Source: a virus (lineage: Duplodnaviria; Heunggongvirae; Uroviricota; Caudoviricetes). From it: 64,000 nucleotides of DNA. This document shows, piece by piece, positions 47,590 to 56,099 of this stretch. The DNA is taken from positions 368,711-432,710 of IMG/VR virus record IMGVR_UViG_3300015615_000629. One strand, 5' to 3'. The notes below the pieces were generated by a model. That model worked only from the letters and a program-made list of their open reading frames with translations. It did no database searches and was not told where the DNA came from. Every line of letters starts with the position of its first letter. Within the stretch, counting starts at the first letter, position 1. The translations under genes and the position numbers were made by a program.

Positions 47590-47752
47590 CTTGCTTATTC
47601 CTTTGAGCGTTTTCCAATGCCGCCCGAATAGCGGCTATTTTATTTGAGAATTGCCCTGGCCACAGTTTGTTGTTCTCAAGTTCATAAGCCAAGGTTTCAG
47701 CAGTTGCCGCTACTTCTCTTAAGTAGTTTGCCGCAATTTTATCGTTATTCAT
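47576..47752 (-). CDS. hypothetical protein (58 aa)
   Basis: Hand translation MNNDKIAANYLREVAATAETLAYELENNKLWPGQFSNKIAAIRAALENAQRNKQDARV fills the gap. Confidence 0.55.
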   Translation of the reverse strand: MNNDKIAANYLREVAATAETLAYELENNKLWPGQFSNKIAAIRAALENAQRNKQDARV

Positions 47753-48089
47753 GTCCTAATGCATCCATTATTTTCTTTAATGTCGCTTGATTTGGATTAT
47801 GTTGTCCATTTTCAATCTTTGACAAATGACTTTGTGGGATTTGGGTTTGGTAGGATAAGGCGTTTTGGGTTAATCCTCTCTTAATGCGTGCCTCTCTAAT
47901 AGAGGAACCAACTCCATTATTTCGACGAACGACCTGACAGCCCAACGTCCCGGCCGAAACGCCTTCTGGAAAGACGATATTAAAGAAAGTGGATCTTATT
48001 TGATCCCGCGTTTCTTCATCGGTTGTTTTATAAAATAAAGAACGAAGTTCTCGAAGATTCTCGACTTCATTATCCGTCAGATAATTCAT
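47745..48089 (-). CDS. XRE-family HTH regulator
   Basis: IREARIKRGLTQNALS...IPQSHLSKIENGQHNP. Confidence 0.85.
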   Translation of the reverse strand: MNYLTDNEVENLRELRSLFYKTTDEETRDQIRSTFFNIVFPEGVSAGTLGCQVVRRNNGVGSSIREARIKRGLTQNALSYQTQIPQSHLSKIENGQHNPNQATLKKIMDALGHE

Positions 48090-48798
48090 CTAACGTGTCC
48101 TCCCACATTGTTCCGCCACGTAGTTCTAGTTCCTCCATGAATTCTTTGTGTAATCTTTGTCTTTCTAATTCTTGTTCTCGGGGCAACGTTGGTGCATTTC
48201 CACTAAGACTGTCTAACAATTGTTGCTGATCTTGTCTCTGTTTGTCAGACATACCGTCCAGTAGTCTTTGCGGTGTGGTGAAGTTATAATGTGCCCGTTG
48301 AAAATCTCTGAATTTTACTTGAGCTAATTCTACTAATTCTTCAAGGCTATCAACAATGACAATTGGCTCATATTCGTGCTCTAAAGCAAGCTGTTTCCTA
48401 ACATCGAACGCTCTGGGATAGTCGGGATGAGTTCCAACAATAATTCGTTTGGCTGCTTGCTCATGTCCTGAATATTTACCTAATTCAAATAATGTTATCG
48501 GCTGAAGAATATCAGCACAAAACCAGAAAATAATTAAATCTGAATCCCTCAGATTTTGCCATTCCCATTCAATTTGACGTTCTGATACGGAAATGTCATT
48601 TATATCAAAATCTTTGCGACGAGGATTTACAACTACAAGACCTTCTGTGTTTTTCCACTTGCTTATTAATTCCTTGGCGGTCTGTTGCCAATCCGGACAG
48701 TTTGTAATTCCGCCAGCTAGAAAAATCCGCCATTCTCGCCAGTTATACGGATGATCTTCAGGTGCTTCTACGTATTTCAAATTTAAATCCTTTTTCAA
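48070..48798 (-). CDS. nucleoside 2-deoxyribosyltransferase-like protein
   Basis: IFLAGGITNCPDWQ, NPRR, RQIEWE, SDLIIFWF, PITLFELG. Confidence 0.8.
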   Translation of the reverse strand: MKKDLNLKYVEAPEDHPYNWREWRIFLAGGITNCPDWQQTAKELISKWKNTEGLVVVNPRRKDFDINDISVSERQIEWEWQNLRDSDLIIFWFCADILQPITLFELGKYSGHEQAAKRIIVGTHPDYPRAFDVRKQLALEHEYEPIVIVDSLEELVELAQVKFRDFQRAHYNFTTPQRLLDGMSDKQRQDQQQLLDSLSGNAPTLPREQELERQRLHKEFMEELELRGGTMWEDTLDELSDG

Positions 48799-48961
48799 GG
48801 GTTTCCCAACCCAGAATTTCCAGGCATTTTAATTCTTGTTCGTCCATTCCGTCAGTGTCGCCCGATACGGCTATCTCATTTTCCTTTAGGGAAATGTCTG
48901 TAACGTTATTTTGGGCTAGAATCATCAATCCGTCAAGTATGCTGTCGATTGGTTTTGCCAT
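48758..48961 (-). CDS. hypothetical protein
   Basis: AGGAAG SD. Confidence 0.55.
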   Translation of the reverse strand: MAKPIDSILDGLMILAQNNVTDISLKENEIAVSGDTDGMDEQELKCLEILGWETLEKGFKFEIRRST

Positions 48962-48985
48962 TTTCTTCCTAAAAGGACTTGCTAA

Positions 48986-49015
48986 ACTCTCTAATTTAGT
49001 AAGTTCTTAGAGAGT
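48986..49015. promoter_or_regulatory. inverted repeat, candidate operator
   Basis: ACTCTCTAA-12nt-TTAGAGAGT upstream of minus-strand operon. Confidence 0.4.
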
Positions 49016-49020
49016 AAAAC

Positions 49021-49050
49021 AAAAAAGGCTGCCAAATTGGCAGCCTTTTT
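49021..49050 (-). terminator. intrinsic terminator after PEP-CTERM gene
   Basis: AAAAAAGGCTGCCA-aat-TGGCAGCCTTTTT. Confidence 0.8.
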
Positions 49051-49066
49051 GTCAATTTCAGAAAAT

Positions 49067-49771
49067 TCAGTTTTTCAATTTCCAAAATATCAACCCAACC
49101 CCGGCCATAACAGCGAGCACGAGACTAGATGGTTCGGGAATGTAGAAAAAGACATTACCGGAAATAATGAATTCGGTTCCTGCTCCGACACTAATGGGTA
49201 GTTCATCATTGGTGTTGGCATCTACCCCAACGATAAGGCTTCCCAAACCTCCTATTCCGATAAAATTCCAATCCCAAGCATTCATCTGGTTTCGAATAAA
49301 AGTGTCCGTCGCAAACGTGTTAAAAGGATTGCCCAACGCAGGCTGTGCCCAACTGATAATCAGCTGGTCAAGATTGATAACGGACAATGTAGAATCCGGA
49401 AAGGTTGCTGTCTCGCTGGGGTTAACAGAAACAGGATCTGTAAGTTCAAAATCTGACGAAAACATCGTCGCAGATCCGATTTTACCGTTGAGTCCCCCAA
49501 CTTGGAAATAGACATCCTGAACATCTTCGGAGTTATTTACGATATTGAGGTTTTTGACTTGCATATCATTGAAGTCAAAAACCACCCCAAAGGAATTGAT
49601 GTTGAGATTATCGGAGTGTAAGAGATTCGGCACAGGGTCGCCTGTAACCGTTGGGGTGTTTGAGTTTCCATCCCAAGTTAGGGTAAACTCAAACGACGTA
49701 CTGTAAAGCGGTGCGGCGGCAGCTGTTGAAGCAAACAAAACCGCAAACAGACAAACCAGTGTGCGAATCAC
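49067..49771 (-). CDS. PEP-CTERM sorting-domain surface protein
   Basis: Signal peptide ending AAAA; C-terminal IPEPSSLVLAVMAGVGLIFWKLKN; AAGGAAAG SD. Confidence 0.85.
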   Translation of the reverse strand: MIRTLVCLFAVLFASTAAAAPLYSTSFEFTLTWDGNSNTPTVTGDPVPNLLHSDNLNINSFGVVFDFNDMQVKNLNIVNNSEDVQDVYFQVGGLNGKIGSATMFSSDFELTDPVSVNPSETATFPDSTLSVINLDQLIISWAQPALGNPFNTFATDTFIRNQMNAWDWNFIGIGGLGSLIVGVDANTNDELPISVGAGTEFIISGNVFFYIPEPSSLVLAVMAGVGLIFWKLKN

Positions 49772-49817
49772 TAGACTTTCCTTAGAAAAAGGGGCGCAGA
49801 GTAGCGGAATAGACCAT

Positions 49818-49845
49818 ATCTTAGCACAACTGGAAATGTTGTCAA
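49818..49845 (-). promoter_or_regulatory. sigma70-type early promoter
   Basis: TTGACA-16nt-TAAGAT with TTGTGC. Confidence 0.75.
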
Positions 49846-49936
49846 GAAAAATTTTAAGTCCTTAGACACAAAGGACTTACGCCCAAGACCGCAAGCGGAG
49901 ACTCCATTTCTGGCTTTTGTCTTACTATATGAGTGA

Positions 49937-50179
49937 ATGAACCAGATGAAAAAGCAATTATTGAGAACCGCCAAAGAAATTAAGGAAGAAGACATGGTGG
50001 CTGTGATTCCGCACGAGCCCACACCTTATGTAAAGAACCACTTAAAAAGAGTGCGTGATTTAGGAAACGGAAAAGTGGTTTATATTTTTGATAATGTAGG
50101 GTTTTTAAGTGGTAGTGGCGGAATTTTCCTTATAGAAGATGGAAAAATTATAAAACAGAAGATGTGCTATGTTGCGTGA
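49937..50179 (+). CDS. hypothetical protein
   Basis: 80 aa ORF. Confidence 0.55.
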   Translation: MNQMKKQLLRTAKEIKEEDMVAVIPHEPTPYVKNHLKRVRDLGNGKVVYIFDNVGFLSGSGGIFLIEDGKIIKQKMCYVA

Positions 50180-50208
50180 AAACCGAAATTTTCAGAGATA
50201 GATAAAGA

Positions 50209-50658
50209 ATGGATTTCAGAGAGTTTATTGAAGATATCAGTCCAGCCCCCTCTTTTGGCTCGGCCCCCTCGTCTAGTAGAAGAAGCGGCAACAAGTTATC
50301 GCTTGTTCCGTCACGATACAAAGTAAGTTATATTTTGAATCATGGCGAACGAGATATAGATGATTTTGATGATCGTGATTCTGCTATGGAAACCTTCAAA
50401 GGTACGATAAAGAGGTTGCCTTTAGGAGCGATTGGTGTTAAACTTTCCTTTGGAAATAATGTCATAGAAGAATACAGAATATCTCCAAACGAATACTCTG
50501 TGTATCTAATGTATGATGAAAAACGTGGTGTTCGAGTAGCATTCGGTAAAGATGAAGCCGAAATTAATCGAGTATACGAATTCAGGAAGAAAGAACCTAC
50601 TCTATTTCAAAAGAGCATTAGACTCTACAAAGGCACAGATTTAATTGATTCGCAATGA
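50209..50658 (+). CDS. hypothetical protein with capsid-targeting-like N-terminus
   Basis: MDFREFIE start; TAGATA upstream. Confidence 0.65.
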   Translation: MDFREFIEDISPAPSFGSAPSSSRRSGNKLSLVPSRYKVSYILNHGERDIDDFDDRDSAMETFKGTIKRLPLGAIGVKLSFGNNVIEEYRISPNEYSVYLMYDEKRGVRVAFGKDEAEINRVYEFRKKEPTLFQKSIRLYKGTDLIDSQ

Positions 50659-50840
50659 AAAAATATTTTATCTCTTTTGCCGCTAGAACCATCTCTGGTA
50701 AAAGTTACTTTGGTAATGTAGAGTTGTCCTACGATAGTATCGTCTGTTATGATGATATTGTACATATTACCAAGTTGATATCTACCGCCAGAAATGATCT
50801 CTTTGACATAACCATAATTAATTGGAAAGAATTTGAATGA
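50655..50840 (+). CDS. hypothetical protein
   Basis: ATGA-coupled. Confidence 0.55.
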   Translation: MKKYFISFAARTISGKSYFGNVELSYDSIVCYDDIVHITKLISTARNDLFDITIINWKEFE

Positions 50841-51964
50841 CTTCTATTCTCGGTATCCTGGTTTCTTTTTTTGGAGCTTGGGCTTTCTTTAAGTATGTAA
50901 TAATAAAGGAGTTGCGTGTTGACAGCAACACATTCAAGACGTTGTATGATTTATTGAAAACATCGGAAAAGAAGTTTATTTTGGATGAAGAGTTTATAAC
51001 AGAAGCCAAGTATCCTAATCTTTACAATGCCTTATGTTATGTCGATGGTGCTCCTTTTTTCTATTTGAGACATGGAGAACGACTATTGCAGGCAGGTTGG
51101 TATGGCAAAGATTATGTTACTATCATTTCCTGTTTTCGTTGGAAAAGAAGTAAACTTAAAGACTTTTTAACTACGAAACTTAAAAAGTTCCAAACAGAGG
51201 AATTAGGGGTTCCTGTCGAGATACTGACGCCACATTATACCGATAAAATTGGTTCCATCAAAGAAATGGGGCTAAAGCCCTTACATGAAGAGGAACTTTG
51301 GGAAGATTTTGAAAAAGAAGTCGCGGAGGTGGCGGCTCAGACACGCAAAAAGACCGGAGCTATTCTTTACGGTGCTCCAGGTAACGGTAAAACTTCATTT
51401 ATCAAATATCTAGCCACCAAGTACAATTTGCCAATTAAATTGGTAGTTTTATCACCGGAATATTCAAACACAGATATAATGTTTATGTTTTCCCAAATCA
51501 CATCCAGATGTATCGTCCTTCTGGAAGATTTTGACAACTATTTTGAAGGTAGAAAGTGTATTATCGGTGGCGATAAAAACACATCTATCAAATTCACTTT
51601 TGATGTAATGCTCAATGTCCTCGATGGCGTTTACAACACCTATGAAAATGTAGTTTTTATTATGACTGCAAACGATATCTCAAAAGTGGATATTGCACTT
51701 AAAAGCAGACCAAGCCGTTTTAAATACATGAAAGAATTCGGCAATCCATCAAAGAAAGTGCGAACCCATTTATTAAACGGATGGGCAGACCATACGGATG
51801 GGCTTAATCTGGATCAAATCGTAAGGCTTAGCGAATTTAAACAAGAAGATTGTAGTTTAGAAGAGGCGACAAGCAAATTGAAAGCAGATGTTGTTGAAAA
51901 TATCGCTAAAGATGGGTATAAAGAGAGACTTAAAAAGATGATTGGCATCAAGAAAGGGACATAG
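50837..51964 (+). CDS. membrane-anchored AAA ATPase (BCS1-like)
   Basis: N-terminal TM; GAILYGAPGNGKTS, VLLEDFD, LNVLDG, SRPSRF. Confidence 0.85.
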   Translation: MTSILGILVSFFGAWAFFKYVIIKELRVDSNTFKTLYDLLKTSEKKFILDEEFITEAKYPNLYNALCYVDGAPFFYLRHGERLLQAGWYGKDYVTIISCFRWKRSKLKDFLTTKLKKFQTEELGVPVEILTPHYTDKIGSIKEMGLKPLHEEELWEDFEKEVAEVAAQTRKKTGAILYGAPGNGKTSFIKYLATKYNLPIKLVVLSPEYSNTDIMFMFSQITSRCIVLLEDFDNYFEGRKCIIGGDKNTSIKFTFDVMLNVLDGVYNTYENVVFIMTANDISKVDIALKSRPSRFKYMKEFGNPSKKVRTHLLNGWADHTDGLNLDQIVRLSEFKQEDCSLEEATSKLKADVVENIAKDGYKERLKKMIGIKKGT

Positions 51965-51994
51965 TGACACCCGCCAGAGCAGGAATAATTGGAA

Positions 51995-52261
51995 CTATGA
52001 TTGGTCTGACGGTTGGGTTTGGATTGTTTTTGCTTCTGATTTAAGAATTCTTTTACGAATTAGAAAATACTTGTATCCAACCGTCCAAAAGGCAAAAACC
52101 ATAGCGATAAGCAATCCGGAATGGTAGTTTAATCCTGAGATACGGCTTAGACCTTCGGCAATCAACGCTCCGAAAATGCCTCCGAAGAAGAAAGCACCAT
52201 ATAGATTTATGGCGTCATTAAAGGACATTTTCTCAAACATATTACTTCTCCACATCAACAA
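51995..52261 (-). CDS. small membrane protein
   Basis: Two TM helices. Confidence 0.5.
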   Translation of the reverse strand: MLMWRSNMFEKMSFNDAINLYGAFFFGGIFGALIAEGLSRISGLNYHSGLLIAMVFAFWTVGYKYFLIRKRILKSEAKTIQTQPSDQS

Positions 52262-53090
52262 ATTGAACTACTGGACACGCTTTTTTCTTTATCGCAACAA
52301 GATATGTCCATAAAATGCCAAACCCAGACAGAACCTTAGCCGACCTTCCCATAAAGAGAAACGAGGGTTTTTTGCGAAAGAAAAATCTGAATTTGAGAGA
52401 AATCCTGTCGAAAAACGTTGGCTCGTAAATCTCTGGTCGAATTCTAGTTTGGGATTGTAGATATTTCTCTGTTTTAACTATTCTTACGCTTTGTCGTTTA
52501 TCAAACCATCTATCCATTTTGCTTATAAGATATTGGAAAGGCTTGGAACTAACTATAAAACCAAGCAATTTCACAAGCGACCATACGATGGCACAGGAAA
52601 CCGCTACAATGGATAAAACATATAAGATGGCAGACCAATAGCCCGATAGTAGCCAAACGAAGAATTTTCCTACTTTTCCAATTGCTAGAAAGATAAGCCA
52701 ACCAATATTCAGTATTACCCACCAAATGAATCCCAAAGTTGGCACTAATCCATAAACAAGAAAAAGCGTGATTAGGCCAACTGCACAACATATCAGTAAA
52801 CTAACCGCCCCCAAAACGATATTTCGAATAATATATGCATCTTTTTCTGGAAGAGAATAGTAGTTTCTAGTTAGATACGCTAAGACTTTCTTTGGGATAA
52901 AAAGCCTAGTTATAAGACCGAACAACCACAAAGGAGCGGTTAAAATAGATAGGAAAGTCAGCCAAAACGTAGTTTGTACGTATGGACACAGACTTGTTTG
53001 ATCGGGGATTCCAATTCCCCATAATCTCCTAATACGGCAAAAATAGTTAAAGTGCCAGCTATTTTTGTTAATTACCAGGACTGGATCCAT
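52242..53090 (-). CDS. multi-pass membrane protein
   Basis: Several TM segments. Confidence 0.65.
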   Translation of the reverse strand: MDPVLVINKNSWHFNYFCRIRRLWGIGIPDQTSLCPYVQTTFWLTFLSILTAPLWLFGLITRLFIPKKVLAYLTRNYYSLPEKDAYIIRNIVLGAVSLLICCAVGLITLFLVYGLVPTLGFIWWVILNIGWLIFLAIGKVGKFFVWLLSGYWSAILYVLSIVAVSCAIVWSLVKLLGFIVSSKPFQYLISKMDRWFDKRQSVRIVKTEKYLQSQTRIRPEIYEPTFFDRISLKFRFFFRKKPSFLFMGRSAKVLSGFGILWTYLVAIKKKACPVVQFVDVEK

Positions 53091-53413
53091 TTTTTCTTGT
53101 CTTTCTTCTCTACTGGCTTGTAGGTAATACCTGCTTCATTTTTTTCAATCGTATAAGCCCACCAAACACGTTTGACTGCCTTGTTTACAATTTCTGTTTC
53201 TTCCGGATTGGTCATAAATAAGGCGACCTTATGTCTGATATAATCTATTTCTGTATGTCTAAGTTCCCTTTCTAGTTCCTGTATTCTAGCATCGCGAACT
53301 GCTAGCGTTTCTTTTAACTCGGCGGCTTTACTTGTTTCGACTTTTGAATAGGCATAAGTGCAGAAACCAAAAAAGGCAGTTCCGGCGAGCATTGTGTAAA
53401 GGAAGTCTTTCAT
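53072..53413 (-). CDS. membrane-anchored coiled-coil protein
   Basis: N-terminal TM then coiled coil; GGAGA SD. Confidence 0.6.
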   Translation of the reverse strand: MKDFLYTMLAGTAFFGFCTYAYSKVETSKAAELKETLAVRDARIQELERELRHTEIDYIRHKVALFMTNPEETEIVNKAVKRVWWAYTIEKNEAGITYKPVEKKDKKKWIQSW

Positions 53414-53453
53414 TTGTTCTCCAGCAGAAGGCGTTTGGAGAACGCATTTTAGG

Positions 53454-53936
53454 CTAAATCTCAGTGGTTGTCAAATTCCTGAGTTTTTCGAGGATGGCAG
53501 AGTCGTGTAGGAGGTACTGAAGTCCAAAATGCTTCGGTTCTGTCTGTATTAGTTGGTCTAGACTAACCCAATTAAAGCCCGATGTTTCCCATCTTGAATT
53601 TTCATCGGGGCTTGGGTTAAACTTCATAGGAATTATCCCTAGAAAATTAGTATAAGTAAAATTCGTGGCGTGGAATTCCTTTAAGACAGATAGTTGCATC
53701 TGTCCGTGATAACCAGTTTCTTCTAAAAATTCCCTTTTGGCACCTGCTATCGGCGTTTCTGATCCGTCTAGTTTGCCACCAATAATACCATAGGTGTTTG
53801 GTTCATTTACATGTGGCGATCTAAGAGAGATAAGAAATTCCTTATCTTTCTTGGCAAATGCCAAAATACCGGCAGCTTCGGTTCCCCAAAACTGCTCTAG
53901 TTTAAGTAAATATAACCAATCTTCAAATCCACGCAT
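53454..53936 (-). CDS. Nudix hydrolase with capsid-targeting-like N-terminus
   Basis: GGKLDGSETPIAGAKREFLEETG; MRGFEDWL...LE start. Confidence 0.85.
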   Translation of the reverse strand: MRGFEDWLYLLKLEQFWGTEAAGILAFAKKDKEFLISLRSPHVNEPNTYGIIGGKLDGSETPIAGAKREFLEETGYHGQMQLSVLKEFHATNFTYTNFLGIIPMKFNPSPDENSRWETSGFNWVSLDQLIQTEPKHFGLQYLLHDSAILEKLRNLTTTEI

Positions 53937-54001
53937 TACTGCTTCAACAATTTAAATAAAATAACAAACAAAATAATCACAATTAAGAGAGTGATAAGCA
54001 T
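53936..54001 (-). CDS. 21 aa hydrophobic microprotein
   Basis: MLITLLIVIILFVILFKLLKQ; AAGGAGG SD; TAATG overlap with Nudix start. Confidence 0.65.
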   Translation of the reverse strand: MLITLLIVIILFVILFKLLKQ

Positions 54002-54035
54002 AAAACCTCCTTGTTAAACTATTTATGCGTCCAGA

Positions 54036-54063
54036 TTGACATTTAAGTGACTTGTGCTATTAT
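54036..54063 (+). promoter_or_regulatory. sigma70-type early promoter
   Basis: TTGACA-16nt-TATTAT with TTGTGC. Confidence 0.75.
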
Positions 54064-54079
54064 ACATTGGGAGATTAAC

Positions 54080-54232
54080 ATGAAACGCGGCGGAAATGAC
54101 TTTTTTGCGATGTCTGTTGCCACCTTTGGCATGATCGCCATTGGCATTTCTTACGGCGGTATTTTAGGCGGGTTGGTTGGCCTTTCCGTTGGTGTCGCTA
54201 CCACTACACTTGCCACGAAATTAAACAAATAA
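54080..54232 (+). CDS. small Gly-rich membrane protein
   Basis: GGGAGA SD; two GxxxG helices. Confidence 0.55.
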   Translation: MKRGGNDFFAMSVATFGMIAIGISYGGILGGLVGLSVGVATTTLATKLNK

Positions 54233-55137
54233 TGCTCTTAAAAGACCTACAAGATAGAAAAATTATCCACCCTCCGAGCTGGTTGCCTGACAACACTGTC
54301 TTTCTGGCAGTTGTCGGCTCCAATGCTTATGGCACTGCTACGGATACTTCTGATTTCGATATTTTTGGAATTGCCATCCCTAAGAAGGAATCGGTATTTC
54401 CACATCTGGCCGGTGTAATTCAAGGATTTGGAACTCAAATCGAACAATTTAATCAATGGCCACTTAAAAGCGAAAAAAGTAAGTGTTTTGACCCCGATGC
54501 TCTTGGAGGCAAGGGCAGAGAATACGATTTTACAATTCATAATATCGTAAAGTATTTTCAACTTTGCATGGAAAACAATGCAAATTGTTTGGATACATTA
54601 TTCGTTCCCTACGAATGTATTTTGCACTCAACTCAAGTTGGAAATATGATTCGAGAAAACAGAAAGTTATTCTTGAGTAAAGAATGTCTGGTTAAGTTTA
54701 AAGGCTATGCATTTGGGCAGATGCATAAAATGCGAACAAAAGAACCAACAGGCAAACGCAAAAAAACTAGGGATGCCTTCGGATACGATACGAAATTTGC
54801 AATGCATCTTGTGCGCCTTCTGGGAGAGTGTGAGCAAATTTTGACAATCGGCGAGATAGATCTAAGAAGGAACAACGAGCATCACAAAGCAATTCGCCGT
54901 GGTGAGGTTCCTCAAGAAGAAGTTATTGCTTGGGCTCAAGCCAAAGAGCGTCAACTTGAGGAATTAGCAGTAAAATCTGATTTGCCACAAAAAGCAGATG
55001 AGAAAGCAATTAAACAATTGTTACTTAATTGCTTAGAGCACCATTATGGTTCTCTCAAGGAAGCCATTGTTGTTCCAGACAACTATTTGTCTGGACTTAG
55101 AGAAATAAAACAAATTTTAGATAAGATTGGAGTTTGA
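54232..55137 (+). CDS. Pol-beta-superfamily nucleotidyltransferase (RlaP-like)
   Basis: VVGSNAYGTATDTSDFDIFGI (GS...DxD), N.N..D.LF, YDTKFAMHLVRLL. Confidence 0.85.
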   Translation: MLLKDLQDRKIIHPPSWLPDNTVFLAVVGSNAYGTATDTSDFDIFGIAIPKKESVFPHLAGVIQGFGTQIEQFNQWPLKSEKSKCFDPDALGGKGREYDFTIHNIVKYFQLCMENNANCLDTLFVPYECILHSTQVGNMIRENRKLFLSKECLVKFKGYAFGQMHKMRTKEPTGKRKKTRDAFGYDTKFAMHLVRLLGECEQILTIGEIDLRRNNEHHKAIRRGEVPQEEVIAWAQAKERQLEELAVKSDLPQKADEKAIKQLLLNCLEHHYGSLKEAIVVPDNYLSGLREIKQILDKIGV

Positions 55138-55597
55138 CATGATTTCGATACTTTCACGTTTTGACATTAGAAGAATTGTAAATAAAGAACCAAACCAGCA
55201 TGTTTGCATCGTAATATCCGAGCCAGAACATGGACATGCTGTTGCGGATATTTTACCATTGTGCAAAGAGGTTCTGCATCTTGAATTTCACGATGTAAGT
55301 TATGGCAAGGCGGGACCGACCCTTGAACATGTGCAGAAGGCTATTGATTGGGCAAAAGAGAGGATGGATGCTCATATTTTGGTTGCCTGTGCGGCTGGTG
55401 TATCGAGAAGTTCGTCAATTGCCTACTTGATACAATGCGCTAGAACAGAGCCAGAATCTGCTGCTCTTATCCTTGATCCGGAGGTTCATTATCCGAATAC
55501 ACTTGTAATCGAACATGGGCGGAAAATCTTAGGGGAAAGTATCTGGCCGCCTGTCAAAGATTTTTACAGTAGGGCTCTTGGCTATTGGGGCGAATAA
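55127..55597 (+). CDS. tyrosine/dual-specificity phosphatase-like protein
   Basis: LVACAAGVSRS (CX5R), LEFHDV, HYPNTLV. Confidence 0.85.
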   Translation: MEFDMISILSRFDIRRIVNKEPNQHVCIVISEPEHGHAVADILPLCKEVLHLEFHDVSYGKAGPTLEHVQKAIDWAKERMDAHILVACAAGVSRSSSIAYLIQCARTEPESAALILDPEVHYPNTLVIEHGRKILGESIWPPVKDFYSRALGYWGE

Positions 55598-55645
55598 GAT
55601 AAAAATTGATCTATTTTTTATTGGTTCGACCGCTATATTAAGGGA

Positions 55646-56092
55646 ATGGAAACCCTTGCTAGCAAAAAATTAGTTCTACCCGCATCAGAAGTTACGGCTA
55701 CTGCTGAAATCTCTGGCACCTGTTCTCGCCAGCACGAAGACGGATGGAAAATCAAGGGACGGATTCACGAAAATTATTTCACTTGGGTAGAAGAATTCTA
55801 TGCTGAACATCCCAAACTGGGTAAGGTTTGGGGTAGTTTTTCTAAAAAAATTTATACGACTTCTTCTAAGGCGTATGAACACTTTATTGAACACCATCCG
55901 CCTGATTATCTTGAAACAGATTCTCACGGATCGTCTAAAAATTTTGCTCTTTGCATTCACAAAGAACCTGATTGTAACGATCTTTGTTTGGGGACTCTTT
56001 ATTCTGTTCTGTCAACAGATGAAGAATATCTGCGTGTCATAGATGAATCGGGAGAAGATTACCTTTATCCGGTTAAGTATTTCATTTATTGA
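55646..56092 (+). CDS. two-domain hypothetical protein
   Basis: C-terminal LRVIDESGEDYLYP module. Confidence 0.6.
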   Translation: METLASKKLVLPASEVTATAEISGTCSRQHEDGWKIKGRIHENYFTWVEEFYAEHPKLGKVWGSFSKKIYTTSSKAYEHFIEHHPPDYLETDSHGSSKNFALCIHKEPDCNDLCLGTLYSVLSTDEEYLRVIDESGEDYLYPVKYFIY

Positions 56093-56099
56093 GTACCAT

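Noticed and set aside
47616-47645. GCCGC/GCGGC hairpin as a terminator
   Set aside because: Lies inside a plausible 58 aa ORF (47576-47752) in a coupled operon.
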